Below are positions 38,501 through 53,569 of a stretch of DNA of 64,000 nt, one piece after another. The stretch is from contig MU006096.1 of assembly GCA_010093705.1 (NCBI GenBank), positions 1,262,004 through 1,326,003 on the forward strand, written 5' to 3'. Each line of letters starts with the position of its first letter. The first letter of the stretch is position 1. The DNA is from Patellaria atrata CBS 101060 (lineage: Eukaryota). The position numbers were made by a program, and so were the translations under genes. Under the pieces are notes generated by a model. It worked only from the letters and a program-made list of their open reading frames with translations. It was not told where the DNA came from and did no database searches.

Positions 38501-41500
38501 TCCAATCATTCGAGGATAATGCACAAGATAATTATAATAACTCGATCGAGCAGCGAGGCGACGTATCACCCAAGGAGGTACCTCCGTTGAAATATCTCAC
38601 TCATGTGATGACCATGCGTAATCAGGTCATTTTTCTCGACCCACCGCTTGAGTTTGCTCGTGCAAGCTGGCTTGAACAACTGCAACTCTGGCTAGGCGTT
38701 ATTTGTAATCTGGAAAAGATACAGGCGTCTCGCTATGAAATGCGGTTGGACGTAGCTCGGGAATTTAAGACTTCACGATTTTCAGACTTACCGAAACTCT
38801 GCACGGAACCATTATCCAAGGTATATGCCGCGGTTGAGAGTAGGATCACGGATGTTACTGAATACGTAGACAAATGGTTGCAGTTCCAATCATTATGGGA
38901 TCTACAATCCGAACAAGTCTACGAGGCTCTAGGCGAAGATCTTTCCAAATGGCTGCAATTATTACTCGATATCCGAAAGACTAGGGCAACATTTGACACG
39001 TCGGAAGTCAGCAGAAGTTTTGGTTATGTTACAATTGACTATGAACAGGTCCAAGACAAGGTTAATGCCAAGTACGATCAATGGCAGCACGATATAATGG
39101 TGAAGTTTGCCAGTCGCCTGGGTACTACTATGGCGGATAGATTGGGTGAGATCGAAAAAGCACGGAAAGATTTGGAATCTCAAACGCTGGAAAGTACGGA
39201 AACCACTCAAGCCGTAACTTTCATCACCAGGATCCAACAATATCATCGAAAGGAAAAGGCTTGGGCTCCTGAAATCGAAACATTCCGTCAAGGCCAAGCC
39301 ACTTTATACCGTCAACGATATCAATTCCCTCCGGAATGGATAGACATAGATCAGATCGCTAACGAGTGGGATGCATTTTCCGACATTTTGGCTCGGAAGT
39401 CAAAAACTTTCCAAGACCAGAAGGATGCATTGTCCGCCAAGATTCTTGCTGAAGACAAGCTTGTGAATCAAAAAATTGCTGAAATTGTAACCCTTTGGCA
39501 GGAGGAGAAACCCGTAGCCGGAACCATACCACCGGGAGAAGCGACAGCGACTCTGCAGTCCTTCGACACCCGCCTATCATATTTGCGTGATGAAGCTAGC
39601 GAAGTCTCAAAAGCTAAGGAGGCACTCGATCTCCCAGCTTCTGCAGAAAATATCCTATCCAGTTTATTAGAGGAAGTTCAAGACTTCAAGTCTGTGTGGG
39701 CAGCATTAGCGACCGTATGGAACAGTGTCAACGAACTTCGGGAAAGTCTGTGGACGACTATACAACCTCGAAAGCTACGCCAGTCTCTTGATAATCTCAT
39801 TAAGCTGACAAAAGAGATGCCAAGTCGTATGCGCCAATATGCGGCTTTCGAACATGCACAAAAGGTTCTCCGTGACTTACTAAAAGTTAATCCCATTCTA
39901 TCAGACCTCCGTTCCGAAGCGGTTCGCGAACGTCACTGGGCTAAGATATTCAAAGCGCTGAGACCTTCGAAGAGGTATTCTCAGCTATCCATGACTCTTG
40001 GAGACGTTTGGGATCTCCAGTTAGGCCCTAGTGAAGCCGTAATTCGAGATGTCATTACTCAGGCTCAAGGTGAAATGGCTCTAGAGGAGTTTTTACGTCA
40101 AGTTCGGGACACCTGGCAAAATTACGCTCTGGAGCTTGTCAATTATCAGCAGAAGTGCAGACTCATACGAGGCTGGGACGATCTTTTCGCAAAATGCAGC
40201 GAAAACTTGAACTCCTTACAAGCGATGAGACACTCACCTTACTATCGGGAATTTGAGGAGGATGCTTCGTCATGGGAAGAAAAGCTGAACCGTGTGCATG
40301 TGCTCTTCGACGTCTGGATTGACGTGCAAAGGCAATGGGTCTATCTCGAAGGAGTGTTCACAGGCAACGCTGATATAAAACATTTACTTCCGAATGAATC
40401 TCAACGATTCAACAACATCAATGCCGAGTTTATGACCGTCATGAAGAAAGTGTCGAAGTCCCCTTTCGTCTTGGATGTTCTTGCAATTTCTGGTGTGCAG
40501 AAGAGCTTAGAACGTCTTGCGGACAATCTTAATAAGATTCAAAAGGCCCTGGGCGAGTATCTCGAACGGGAGAGAGTCTCATTTCCACGCTTTTACTTCG
40601 TCGGTGATGAGGACCTATTGGAAATCATCGGTAATAGTAATGATACAGGACGCATCGCCAAACATCTTAGAAAGATGTTCGCTGGTTTATCAGGCTTGAG
40701 AACTGACGATAACTCATTAATCACCGGTTTCACTTCCAAGGAGGGAGAACTAGTTCAGTTGAAAAAGGAGGTCTCCCTGATCAAGACCCCTAAAATCAAC
40801 GAGTGGCTCGCTGCTCTTGAACACAGTATGAAGAATACCCTGGCGGAATTGCTGTCGGAAGCAGTAATGGAGTTCACGGATATCTTTAGCGCCGAATCTT
40901 TAGATGCCGACGCCTTTGGCTTCTATATCAAGAATTTCCCCGCTCAAATTGTTGTTTTAGCGACCCAGGTATGCTGGACATCGAAAGTAGATGAAACTCT
41001 GCAACACGGAGGCTCTGCCTTACAAATCCTTCTAAAGAAAGAAAAGGATATACTTCGCCTTCTCGCTAGTGCGGTTTTGGGGGATTTGGATCCTCTCCAT
41101 AGGAAAAAGTGTGAACATTTGATCACAGAGTTTGTTCATCAACGAGGTGTGATTGAAGAGCTTATCAGCGTCGGTGCTGACACTGCAAATCATTACCGAT
41201 GGCTCAAACACATGAGATATGTTTACACTCGAGAGGGCGATCCCCTTGCTCGTCTCAAGGTGAAGATGGCCAACGCTAGCCTTGATTACGGATTCGAATA
41301 TCTAGGAGTCCCAGAACGGCTTGTCCGCACACCTCTAACGGACAGATGTTTCCTTACTCTAACACAAGCCTTATGTCAGCGACTCGGTGGATCACCTTAC
41401 GGACCTGCCGGTACTGGAAAGACAGAATCGGTAAAAGCACTAGGTCTCCAGCTGGGTCGATTCACCCTTGTCTTCTGTTGTGACGACACTTTCGATTTCC

Positions 41501-44500
41501 AAGCAATGGGACGTATCTTCTTGGGTATCTGTCAGGTTGGAGCTTGGGGTTGTTTCGACGAGTTCAACCGTCTTGAAGAGCGCATCCTTTCAGCCGTCTC
41601 GCAACAAGTGCAAAATATCCAGCTGGGGCTTAGGAAAGGAGCAATTGATCCAAAGGCTCAAATTGATCTTATTGGGCGAACCCTACGCGTGGATCCCAAC
41701 ACTGGCATCTTCATTACCATGAATCCCGGATACGCAGGTAGATCCAACTTGCCGGACAATCTGAAGAAATTATTCCGAAGCGTTGCAATGTCCAAACCAG
41801 ACAAGGAGCTAATTGCAGAAGTCATGCTCTATTCCCAAGGTTTCACCCGCGCGAAAGAAATCTCGAAGCAGATCGTACCGTTTTTCGACGAGTGCTCCAA
41901 GAATCTCTCGAGCCAAGCTCATTACGATTTCGGATTGCGTGCGCTCAAGAGCGTTTTAGTTAGCTCTGGAGGTCTCAAACGCGCTCGACTTGTTGTTACC
42001 AACGATGGCATTTCGGATGAGGATATTCTGGAGCCTCAGATCATGGTTCAAAGCTTACGCGAGACTGTGGCACCCAAGCTCATTCGCAGCGATGTTGATC
42101 TCATGCAGGAGATTGAAAAACGTTCATTCCCTGGAGTCGAATATATCCCAGCTCCATTAGAAGCATTGCAGAAGGCCATTCGCGAGGTTGCAGCGGAAGA
42201 CAGACTTGTGGTCAATGATGTTTGGATGACTAAAGCTCTGCAATTATACCAGATACAAAAACTTCATCACGGTGTAATGATGGTCGGTTCCTCTGGTTCT
42301 GGCAAGTCGGCTACTTGGAAGACCTTACTCAAGGCGCTTCAGCGGACAGAGCAAGTAGAAGGCGTATCTCATGTCATTGATCCAAAAGTAATGTCTAAGG
42401 AAAGCTTATACGGTAACCTGGACAGTACTACGAGAGAGTGGACTGATGGGCTGTTCACTAGCATTTTGCGCAAAATCGTTGACAATTTGCGTGGAGAGGA
42501 TTCAAAACGTCACTGGATTGTGTTTGACGGCGATGTTGACCCAGAATGGGTAGAAAACTTGAATAGTGTCTTAGATGACAACAAGTTGCTGACTCTTCCG
42601 AATGGTGAACGACTAAATCTTCCGTCTAACGTTCGCATAATGTTCGAAGTCGAAACATTGAGATATGCTACCCCTGCCACGGTCAGTCGTTGTGGTATGG
42701 TTTGGTTTAGCGATGATACTGTCAGCACCGGTATGATGATTACACATTATCTGGAGGGTCTCAGAAATGCAGCTCTCGGGGATCTCGAAGATGAAGCCAC
42801 TGCTCCAGGACAGCAACCGCAAGATGTATTATTAGCACAACAGAAGATGGCCAATATTCTCCAGGCCCGTCTTGCGGAGAGCGATTTTATTGAGAGTGGT
42901 CTTACTGAGGCTCGGAAGTACCACCATATTATGGATTTCACCGCCATTCGTGCCCTCAATACTTTGTTCTCTCTCCTTAACAAAGCTTGCAGAAACGTCA
43001 TTGAATATGACATTCAACATCCCGACTTTCGCCTCGACGATGACGTTATTGAATCATATCTCACGAAGAAGTTACTCCTTGGATTAGCTTGGTCTTTCAC
43101 TGGAGATTGCCCCCTCGTCGAGCGGAAAGCATTTGGGGACGCTGTTGCGAGTTTCACAGCAGTAGAATTACCATCACTCAGTGAGACTGCGTCTCTTATC
43201 GATTATGATGTTTCCCTACCTCATGCAAATTGGATCCTTTGGACATCTCAAGTTCCTAAGATTGAGATCAACACTCATTCAGTCACCCAAACCGACGTTG
43301 TTATTCCTACCCTTGACACTGTCCGTCATGAAGATGTGCTGTATTCTTGGTTGGCTGAGCACAAACCTCTACTCCTCTGTGGTCCCCCAGGTTCCGGAAA
43401 GACAATGACCCTCTTCAGCGCTCTACGTAAGAACTCAGAGATGGACGTTGTCGGGTTGAACTTCTCTAGTGCAACAACCCCTGATCTCATCATTAAGACT
43501 TTCGAACAATATTGTGAATATCGTAAAACTATGAATGGCGTCCAACTTGCGCCTACGCAGATCGGCCGCTGGCTCGTTATTTTTTGTGACGAAATCAACT
43601 TGCCCGCTCCAGATAAATACGGCACTCAGCGAGTAATTTCGTTTCTTCGGCAGCTTGTTGAACAGAACGGGTTTTGGAGAACTACAGACAAGACATGGGT
43701 TACCTTGGACCGTATCCAATTTGTTGGTGCTTGTAATCCTCCAACTGATGCAGGCCGTACTCCCATGGGCCTACGATTTTTAAGACACGCTCCATTGATC
43801 ATGGTAGACTATCCTGGCGAACTTTCTCTTCTACAGATCTACGGAACATTCAACGATGCTATTCTCAAAATCATTCCTTCACTCCGCGGATACTCAGATT
43901 CTCTTACCAAGGCAATGGTTCAGCTGTACTCAGAATCCCAGCGACAATTTACTCCCGATATACAACCGCATTACGTATATTCACCAAGAGAGCTCACCAG
44001 ATGGGTAAGGGGTATCTACGAAGCGATCCGGCCGCTCGAAGACCTTTCTATGGAAGGCCTTGTAAGAATTTGGGCGCATGAGGCTCTGCGACTCTTCCAG
44101 GATAGGCTAATTGATGAGGATGAGCGTAAATGGACAGAAGATAGTGTGCATCGGATCGCTCTAGAGCACTTTCCAATCCTAGCGGACGATAAATCAAAGG
44201 AAGAGAAGGCACTTGGAGCCCCAATTCTTTTCTCTAACTGGTTGTCAAAGAACTACGTTTCGGTAGAACGCGAACAGCTCCGCGAATTTGTCAAAGCTCG
44301 ACTTAAGACCTTCTGCGAAGAAGAAGTTGATGTTCCTCTGATCCTTTTCAATGATGTCCTGGAGCATGTTCTCCGGATAGATCGCGTCTTCCGTCAACCA
44401 CAGGGCCATCTTATTCTTATTGGTGTCAGTGGAAGTGGCAAAACAACTTTGTCTCGATTTGTCGCTTGGATGAACGGATTGAAGGTGTATCAGATAAAGG

Positions 44501-47500
44501 TTCATGGGAAGTACTCAGCTGAAGATTTCGATGATGACCTTCGAAACGTCCTTCGGAGATGTGGTTGCAAGGGTGAAAAGATCTGCTTCATTATGGATGA
44601 ATCTAACGTCCTAGACTCCGGTTTCTTGGAGCGCATGAACACACTATTAGCAAACGCCGAGGTTCCTGGTCTCTTCGAAGGTGATGAGTTCGCATCTCTC
44701 ATGACCGCATGCAGAGAAGGCGCGCAGCGTCAAGGTCTCATACTTGACTCGCAAGAAGAGTTATACAAGTGGTTCACGCAACAAATTGTCAAGAACTTAC
44801 ACGTCGTCTTTACTATGAATCCACCAGAAGAGGGACTGTCGTCAAAAGCTGCTACTAGTCCTGCCTTGTTCAACAGATGTGTCCTCAACTGGTTCGGAGA
44901 TTGGTCCGATCAAGCTCTTTTCCAAGTTGGCTCTGAGTTGACTCAATCAATTGACCTTGACCGGGTAAACTACTCCGCACCAGACAGCATACCGGTTCTT
45001 TACAGAGATTTAGCTCTTCCTCCATCTCATCGTGAGGCTGTAGTCAACGCTATGGTGTACATTCATTACTCACTCCAGAGAGTAAATACCCGGTTGCAAA
45101 AGCAGCAGAACAAGGTTACTTATCTAACACCTCGCCATTTCCTCGATTTTGTCGCACAGTACGTCAAGCTATACAATGAGAAACGAGAAGATCTCGAAGA
45201 GCAGCAACGCCACTTAAACGTCGGTTTGGAGAAATTACGTGAGACTGTTGATAAAGTGCGAGATCTGCGTAAGAGCCTTTCGGAAAAACAAGTCCAATTG
45301 GAAAAGAAAGATACTCAAGCCAACGAAAAGCTCCAGAGAATGATCGCTGATCAAAGGGAAGCCGAGCAACGGAAAACCACGTCACTTGAGATCAAGGTTG
45401 CGTTAGAGAAACAGGAGAAGGAGGTAGCAACACGGAAAGAGATTGTGTTGAGTGATCTGGCTATGGCTGAACCAGCAGTTGAAGAGGCGAGAGAGAGTGT
45501 CAGTAAGATCAAGCGGCAGCATTTGACTGAAGTGCGTTCCATGCAAAATCCACCAGCAGGTGTAAAACTCGCCCTTGAATCAGTCTGCACATTACTTGGA
45601 CACAAAGCAACGGATTGGAGAAGCATCATGGCAATTATCCGCAAGGACGATTTCATTGCGAGCATCGTCAATTATGATAACGAGAAGCAGATGACCAAGG
45701 TTCATCGGACTAAGATGCGGAACGAATTTCTATCCAAGGAAGACTTCACATACGAGCGAGTGAACCGGGCGAGTAAAGCTTGCGGTCCGTTAGTACAATG
45801 GGTTGAAGCGCAAGTCAATTATTCAGAGATTTTAGATCGCGTCGGGCCACTCCGGGAAGAAGTTGAGCAGCTAGAAGAACAGGCATTAGAAACGAAAGCA
45901 GAAGCACAAGCGATTGAGAACACGATTCGAGATCTGGAAAGCAGTATTGAACGATACAGAGCCGAATATGCGGACCTTATCAGCGAAACCCAGGCTATTA
46001 AATCAGAAATGGCCCGTGTTCAGTTCAAGGTTGATCGAAGTGTACGCCTTCTGGACAGTCTATCATCGGAGAGGACTCGATGGGAGGAAAGTAGCAAATC
46101 ATTCGAAACTCAAATCAACACAATTGTCGGGGATGTTCTAGTAGCTGCGGCTTTCATAGCGTATTCAGGTTATTATGATCAACAATACCGCAAGAATATG
46201 ATGGAGGACTGGCTACATCAACTGTCGCAATCAGGTATTAGCTACAAACCGCTTAACCCTGTGACTGAGTATCTGTCCACCGCCGACGAGAGAATCGGAT
46301 GGCAGGAAAACTCATTACCTGTGGATGATCTATGCACAGAGAACGCGATCATCCTAAAACGCTTCAACAGATACCCTTTGATCATTGATCCATCTGGTAG
46401 AGTTACGGAATTCTTGCAGAACGAATGCAAAGAGCGTAAACTCACCGTCACAAGTTTCCTGGACGATTCCTTTACCAAACAATTAGAAAGCTCTCTTCGC
46501 TTCGGGAATCCAATTCTCATTCAGGATGCAGAGCATCTTGATCCCATCTTGAACCACGTATTAAATAAAGAATACCAGAAGACTGGAGGACGTGTTCTTA
46601 TTCAACTAGGCAAGCAGGAAATCGACTTCTCGCCATCATTCAAACTTTTCCTTTCCACAAGAGATCCTTCCGCAATGTTTGCACCAGATGTGTGCAGTAG
46701 GACCACCTTTGTCAATTTCACCGTCACACAGAGCAGTCTACAGACACAGTCCTTAAATGATGTCTTAAAATCAGAGCGTCCCGACGTGGATGAAAGACGC
46801 TCCAATCTCATCAAGATGCAAGGCGAATTTAGCGTACATCTTCGTCAATTGGAGAAACGCCTTCTCCGTGCTCTCAACGAATCCCATGGCAACATCCTCG
46901 ATGATGACCATGTTATTGAGACACTTGAGACCTTGAAACGAGAAGCTGCCGACATCACCGCAAAGGTTGCGGAAACTGAGGGTGTCATGACAGAAGTGGA
47001 CAATATTACACAACAGTACATGGTGGTTGCTAGATCATGTTCTGCCATTTTCGCAGTTCTCGAACAGTTGCATCATTTGAACCACTTCTATCAATTCTCA
47101 CTTCAATACTTCGTGGACATTTTTCAGACGGTACTTCGAATTGCGAAGAAGTCATCAGCCGAATCTAGCCACAATGTTCGTATCGACCTTATCCTGAAGG
47201 AGTTGTTCCTAAACGCCTATTATCGCACCTCATTGTCATTGTTACAAAAAGATCGGGTCACACTAGCAATGCTTTTAGCACAGGCTGCACCCTACAATAT
47301 GGACAAAGGATTGATAGATGTTGTCCTTGATAAAGATCTAGAAGGTGTAGACGTCTCAACGGAGCCCGAACGAAGGGAGGAAGCCATGGCCCGGGCATCA
47401 AAACATCGACTGTTTAAGAATGAAATCTCAAAGATATCTGCCGATGTTTGGGATAGGTTTTTCACGGAGGAGTTTGCAGAGAACTTCGTCCCAGCTATCT

Positions 47501-48714
47501 GGCCAGTGGAGATTCGACCTCTCGACCAAGGACTTCTCTCCCTAATTCTCGTCAAGCTCTTCCGTGTCGATCGTTTCGTCCCAGCAGCCGAAATATTTGT
47601 TACTGAAGTCTTCGGGAAAGGTCTCTTTGATGCTAGCGGTGATCTAGGCGATATCGTCAAACAGGTTACCGCCGGTACTCCAGTGGCGCTCAGCTCTAGC
47701 CCCGGTTTTGATGCAAGTTACAAAGTGGATAATCTCGTTGAGCGTACCCATGCTAATTGTACGAACATTGCAATGGGTTCAAACGAAGGTGTTGCCAGTG
47801 CCGACAAAGCAATTAATCACGCTGCGGCTACTGGGTCCTGGGTACTTGTCAAGAACGTCCATTTGGCACCTACATGGCTCCAGAGCTTGGAGAAACGCAT
47901 TGATTCTCTCAAACCCCATCCCGATTTTCGATTGTTCCTTTCCATGGAGTCTAGCCCGAAAATTCCCGTCAACCTCCTCCGTGCTTCTCGCGTACTAATG
48001 TACGAACAACCAGCTGGTATCCGCGCCAACATGAAAGACTCCCTTACATCCATGGCGACTCGTGCAAGTAAGGAACCGGTCGAGCGAGCAAGAGTGTACC
48101 TTTTGCTTTCTTTCCTCCACGCAGTTGTTCAAGAACGACTTCGGTATGCACCAAACCTAGGATGGAAGGGCTTTTGGGAATTTAATGATAGCGATGTAAG
48201 TAACGCACTCAAACTGATTCTCCAGCCTCGATGTTTAGTAGACTAACAATCTCTATAGTACGAATGCTGCACTAACATTATTGACACCTGGATTGAGTCT
48301 GTTTCCGCCGGCCGCACAAACGTTGCCCCACGCAATCTTCCCTGGTCTATGATCCGTCTCCTCGTTACCGAAATGTACGGCGGCAAAATCGATGATGCTG
48401 AAGACTTCGCTACCCTTGGGACACTCGTCGAGCAGTTTCTCACTCCCGCCGCATTCGAAGAGGGTCATCAGATAGTGCAGGACGCGCAACAGGGACCTCT
48501 AATCTTACCAGGTGGAATCAGCATTAAGGACTTCTTGCAATGGGTCAATCAATTGCCGGAAAGAGAACCACCGGTATACTTGGGCTTACCGGCAAACGCA
48601 GAGAAGTTGTTGCTTGTAGGACAGGCTAGAGAGATGGTGGGAAATCTCGGTACTGTTATGGGAATGTTGGATGAGGGGGATCAAGTCATGGCTCAGGCGG
48701 AAGAAGTAGCGTAA
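35546..48714 (+). CDS. DYN1: Cytoplasmic dynein heavy chain (about 4351 aa); exons 35546-35834, 35885-48195, 48259-48714
   Basis: Four P-loops [42 protein letters not shown]; coiled-coil stalk. Introns 35835-35884 and 48196-48258 give 13056 nt in frame. Equivalent to nudA/ro-1. Confidence 0.98.
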
Positions 48715-50344
48715 TAGTAGATGGGACCGAAGGAGTTGTAGGGATAGTCGAAGGATATCCGTTCATAAGAAGCGAAGGTCTCATTTGTGCTACTTAGGGA
48801 AAATTCTCTTTTCCCTCCTCTCTTTTGTATTAGGTTTGAGAGCTTAGCGTTGCATGTTGCCACGGCGCAGGTGGATGGGCACGGTTTATTGTCATACTGG
48901 AATGGGGGGCAGGGCGACTCAGATTGTTTTCATTCTCTGGTTTTTCTCATATACCCCAGAGCAAGTTGGAGTTCCGTATTTCGAGCGGGTTGGAATTCTT
49001 GACACTGAAATTGTTTCTTTCGCTTTTTAAGGCTATGTAGTTAAATTGTGTATAAATTATAGTTCTAATTGAGATATTTTCTCAGATATTAGTTATACTG
49101 AAGTTCTTTTGAGTGGCAAACGCCAAAGCAGAGGAGATCACCGTCAAGATCCAGGTTGCTGGGAAAGCTGCACATTAATATATCTGTTTATTTTGTGGGT
49201 TCAAGATCCGGTAGACTCGTGGTTTAGATGAATTTTAATCAATCTATAAGTGCACGGCCGATGTTATCGTCTCTTGGCAACAAGGCACGGTGTAGTCTTC
49301 AAAACTTTAAAACGACCAGAACAAGCACATACACCCTCCATCGAGTCCTTTCATAGTATAAAGGAGCATTTAACAACCTGATTCACCGATATGTTTCGCC
49401 TGGGACCTTCAGAGCTAGATTCACGCTTTGCGCGATATATTTTACATTGTTGAAGGTTAGCTCTATCATCGCCCTTGTCGGGGCTAGCATCCATCTGGCC
49501 AAGGTACGCTTGCTGTACACATCGCAGCCATGCTATCACGATAGACTCTACTTTTTCCCTTTATGTTATTACGGCGATGTTAGGGGTCTTTTCCAATCGT
49601 AAGTGTACGGTGAAAAGTGCGCTCACCAGTGACGGGGTCTGTGGAGAGGTGGTAAGATAAAGCAGCAAGCTCTCTCTATTATTGGTTGTCTCAATTCATG
49701 ATCCTTATGCTACCTGTCGTTCTCAGCTAATGGAGGTTACTAAGATGAGCTATAGGTTATCTGGCCATATGCACTTGTAAGCTAAGATGGCATCAGACGA
49801 GCTGATACCAAGACGTGCAAGCTTAAAGTATTTCTTTTCCGTCCTTTCCACATTTCTATGGTCTCTTCAGTCCATGTCTTTTCTCTCAGCGGCACTGTTT
49901 ACAAATCATCTTTATTCGGAAAAGGTTTCAATGATCAAAATCAAAACATCACTCGGGAAAGGATGATTGTTATTAGCGAAAGCTAAAGCGAAAGCGAAAG
50001 CATAATTCCTCTGAACATCCAAATTCTCTCATCGTCGACGTAGGTGCTTACACAATCATATTGTTCTATTGAAAGCTAGAGACTTCCCCGAAATGCCCAC
50101 AAGTCTACTACTCCCTCAACTATGACAACGTCAAGAGGTCCCTATGGTATCAAAATCTGATGATATGATTGAAAGAAAATGCTGAAGTATATGATCACAG
50201 AACAAATGAACAGTATCAATCCACAACTAGAGCTCCTATTATTCCATCGAGCCGTAAAGTCTCTGCACCGTTATCCCTCAAAGTGTACTCGGTAGCCCAG
50301 ACGCCGGAACCACCTGGAATGCCGAAAAGGAGAAGTCCTCGAAC

Positions 50345-50637
50345 TTATGCCTCCCAAGATCTGATCTCGGCATATCGTCGTTGGTTCAAAGGAGGTGTGA
50401 CCTCAGCACCTGAAAAGATATAAGATTAGTCATGGGTAAGGTCTCCAGAGTTCCAATCGACATACTCGTAGTATTCTTGCATTCAAGGCAACCACCGCAA
50501 ACTTCATCCATCTTGCAACTCCAGCAGACAAATGCGGCCTGGGGACAGCCGCTGATACAACCGCAAGAGTGGGTATTGGCAGCAGATGCAACGAGGCCCA
50601 TGGCCAGGGCGATAAGAACAGAGGCGGAGAACTTCAT
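50345..50637 (-). CDS. Small secreted cysteine-rich protein, 78 aa; exons 50637-50466, 50409-50345
   Basis: Signal peptide MKFSASVLIALAMGLVASA, 8-Cys core HSCGCISGCPQAAFVCWSCKMDEVCGGCLEC, intron GTATGT..CTAAT..CAG (50465-50410), then SAEVTPPLNQRRYAEIRSWEA*. Confidence 0.75.
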
Positions 50638-53569
50638 TTTCGAAGATATTTGAGAGTGAGTGAGGAAGCACGAGATAAGATGATATTAGATTCGTTGGAA
50701 AGATTGTGCAGAGAGCTTGAGATGGTGAGGTATTCTGGAGAACGTACAAGCAATTCTTCAGCTAACAAAGCCGCATTTTATAGTCGATGGAAACACATAG
50801 GAGACTCGAATTCCAGTATGCTCAAGGCTCCCAGCAAGACTATCCGTTGCACCCATAGTCTGGAACCATTCCCAGACCTGTGGTACAAGGGGCGGAGGAT
50901 CCGTACAGAGAGAGTCATCAGCTCGTATCCAATCCTTGATATGTTCATTATCGAATCATCATTGAGAACAAACATGCACTTACGTCCCGCGGGAGGATTT
51001 CCGGGGTATATCAGAACAAAATAAGACAATGATTACCAGGGCCGGTACCGGCGTGAAGGTTCTGCCTCCTTCTTATTCTGGTAGTTCGCTGTCATGGTCC
51101 AGTTAAAATTGTTAGAGCATATCCCCTAACTGAAAAACCATCATCAACTTTTCAGGAGCATCCGGCAAGAATCCTAATCCAACATATCTGTGTTGCCGGA
51201 ATGGATGTGGTTCGTTGGGTTCATGGGGACCATGGCGCGTTTCCCAATCGGGTAGCGAGATCGGCAATCGGTAGGTCAGATTTTCATTTAAGTTAATCTA
51301 TTCTGCTGCGCAAGTGTCGGCAACACGCTTTTTAGTTTTTATTTGCGCACTTTGGTGCTTACTACCCCTTCGTGCCCTTCTTTACCAGTCCGCCCTGTCT
51401 ATCCTGAAGCAAGCGATTGAAGGACGGTGTATAAAAAATCGAAGGAACTAATCCCACGGGATCTATGATCGGCTATAGCATTCCCACATTGCCGCGGTCG
51501 GCGCACTAAATATGGGATGTACGAAGACCTTGTCGTAAAACTAGCTGTTTTGTTAAGGTCTTGAGAGAAATGTATAGCCTGCTGTAGCGGAATACAGGTC
51601 CGGAACAGTCAACCCCGCGAGCTGTTTCAAACTACAATGTGTCACCGCAGAGTATCATAGGCTCGCCTCGCTCAAGTCATTGCCGAAGACGATATCAGCT
51701 GGACAACCTTTCCAGACGGTTCAAGGCCAATCTCAGACAGACGTAAGTCGAGGCCACGAGATCTACCTTCTTGGAATCATTTGAGTGACCGAAATCAGCC
51801 GAAAGGGCTGTCTTCTCTTGTGCTAATTCCGTTGGAGATAACCTGCCGATGTACTTCGCCACATCTCGTGGGGTCACTACCTTGGATTGACTGCATTCTT
51901 ATGTGGAAATGAAGATAGGCGAATAGGGTGATGTGGTAATGGGTATTCCAAATGTCGGTTGGTTACCGAGAGGAAGTCGGCAAACATGGAATATCACAAA
52001 GCATGGGATCCATAAGTAAAAGTTACAACAGCATAAAGACTGAAAGAGAGATGATGCCGAAATAAGGCAGGCAACCAGGAACAGAATGAACTGGCTATAT
52101 TAGTACTACAAACGTCGTTGGAAGATGAGGTGAGAAAATGCTCCTTTAAGAATTTCAAATTCCCCTCGCCAAGTTCATGAGTTCGGTAGCGAGCATTTCA
52201 TTATATTAATGGATCCGCTGTGAGCATACACCTTTTACAGCTATTTTCATTTTCATCAGGATTCATACAATTTCCCTATGTAGTTCCGCTAATCATTATG
52301 AAACATTGACAGACAAGAAGATGACTACTCCTAGTCGTAACTCACTAGACATCGATAATAAGCAAGCTAATTATGGAATACCATAACACAATGGCAGCAA
52401 CATTCAGAATGCAATACAACCCTACCCGAAATAACATGTAGCCTTACCCGGTCGCCAAGCGCGAACGCGACCGCGACCGCTGCGGACCGCAACAATAGCT
52501 CCTTTAAGGGAACTCTCCCTCTCCGACCCCAAGCACCCTACAACGAACCCCGCAATTCAAGAACGTAGTATAGGTCACATTTCCACGAACAGCGACCTTC
52601 CTTTCCGGACGTCAGCTCACCTCCGTCTTTGAGATATTTGTGTACAGGAGCCTGGAGGAAGGATAGGCGCTGCGCTAACGTGGTCGGCGCGGACTTGAAG
52701 TGTTATTGCGCAGTTACGGTAGTAATGTACTATGCATAGAAATATTGACGGAGACGGAGAGGAAGAAATATCTGCTGTAACAATTTCCCCAGCATAAGCG
52801 TTTTGTCACCGTGAAGGAAGCATTCGATAGCAATGTGCTACGGTCAGAAGCCAACGGAGACATCGAAGAACGAATATCAGCCGTACGAAGAGGATAAGTA
52901 TGATCTCAAATCAATATATGACCGTTAGTCCACTTTGGTCGCGTATCAAATCGTACAATTCGAAATGGGCGCATCTCAGGTGCAAGAAGAGCCGTACAAG
53001 TAACCGCTCGTGTCTAGTTCAAAAGTACAGGCAATATACCGAAGGAGTAGAATGTGGAAAGCGTGCACTTTAACCTCCAATTGAAAATTCACTGAAATGC
53101 TCCCCCCGTACGAGACTTGATATATGCTCAAAGCCAATGTAAAGGTTACGAGACGGGAGCGAAGTATGCCGCGTAGGAAAAAGAGGAGGCCTGTATGAAT
53201 AGAGACATCGGGTATCTACGTGTTTGTATAATGTCAGTGTAAACATATTGCTAGGCTCTAGTAACGTAGTATAACCCATAAGAGCAATATACTGAACCGT
53301 CAATAAATATGTCCAGAATACTCATATGCCCTATACAACTCTAGACAATAAGCTGGAAATTTACGGCAAAGAAGGACGGCGCTGAGGACTTGTCCACGAA
53401 AGCGCGGGGAGGATATTGGTTGTATTATACCAACACTATCAGTATGGCTCGTAGTCCATAAAAAGGATTATTCAGAGTCAGGAGCGTCCGGGAGGGAACT
53501 GTGTATTATATCGAAATGTAGAGATGGCTTTGGTAGAGTAGACAGCACTTTAAGATACTGGCTCTATAT

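Noticed and set aside
35900..48500. Numerous short alternative-frame and antisense ORFs inside dynein (also in MLH1, NBP35, ULP1)
   Set aside because: Expected shadow ORFs of long coding sequences; no independent motifs.
52440..52760. GC-rich promoter-like or structured-RNA-like stretch
   Set aside because: No tRNA, snRNA, RNase P/MRP, SRP or telomerase-template hallmark recognised and no convincing ORF.
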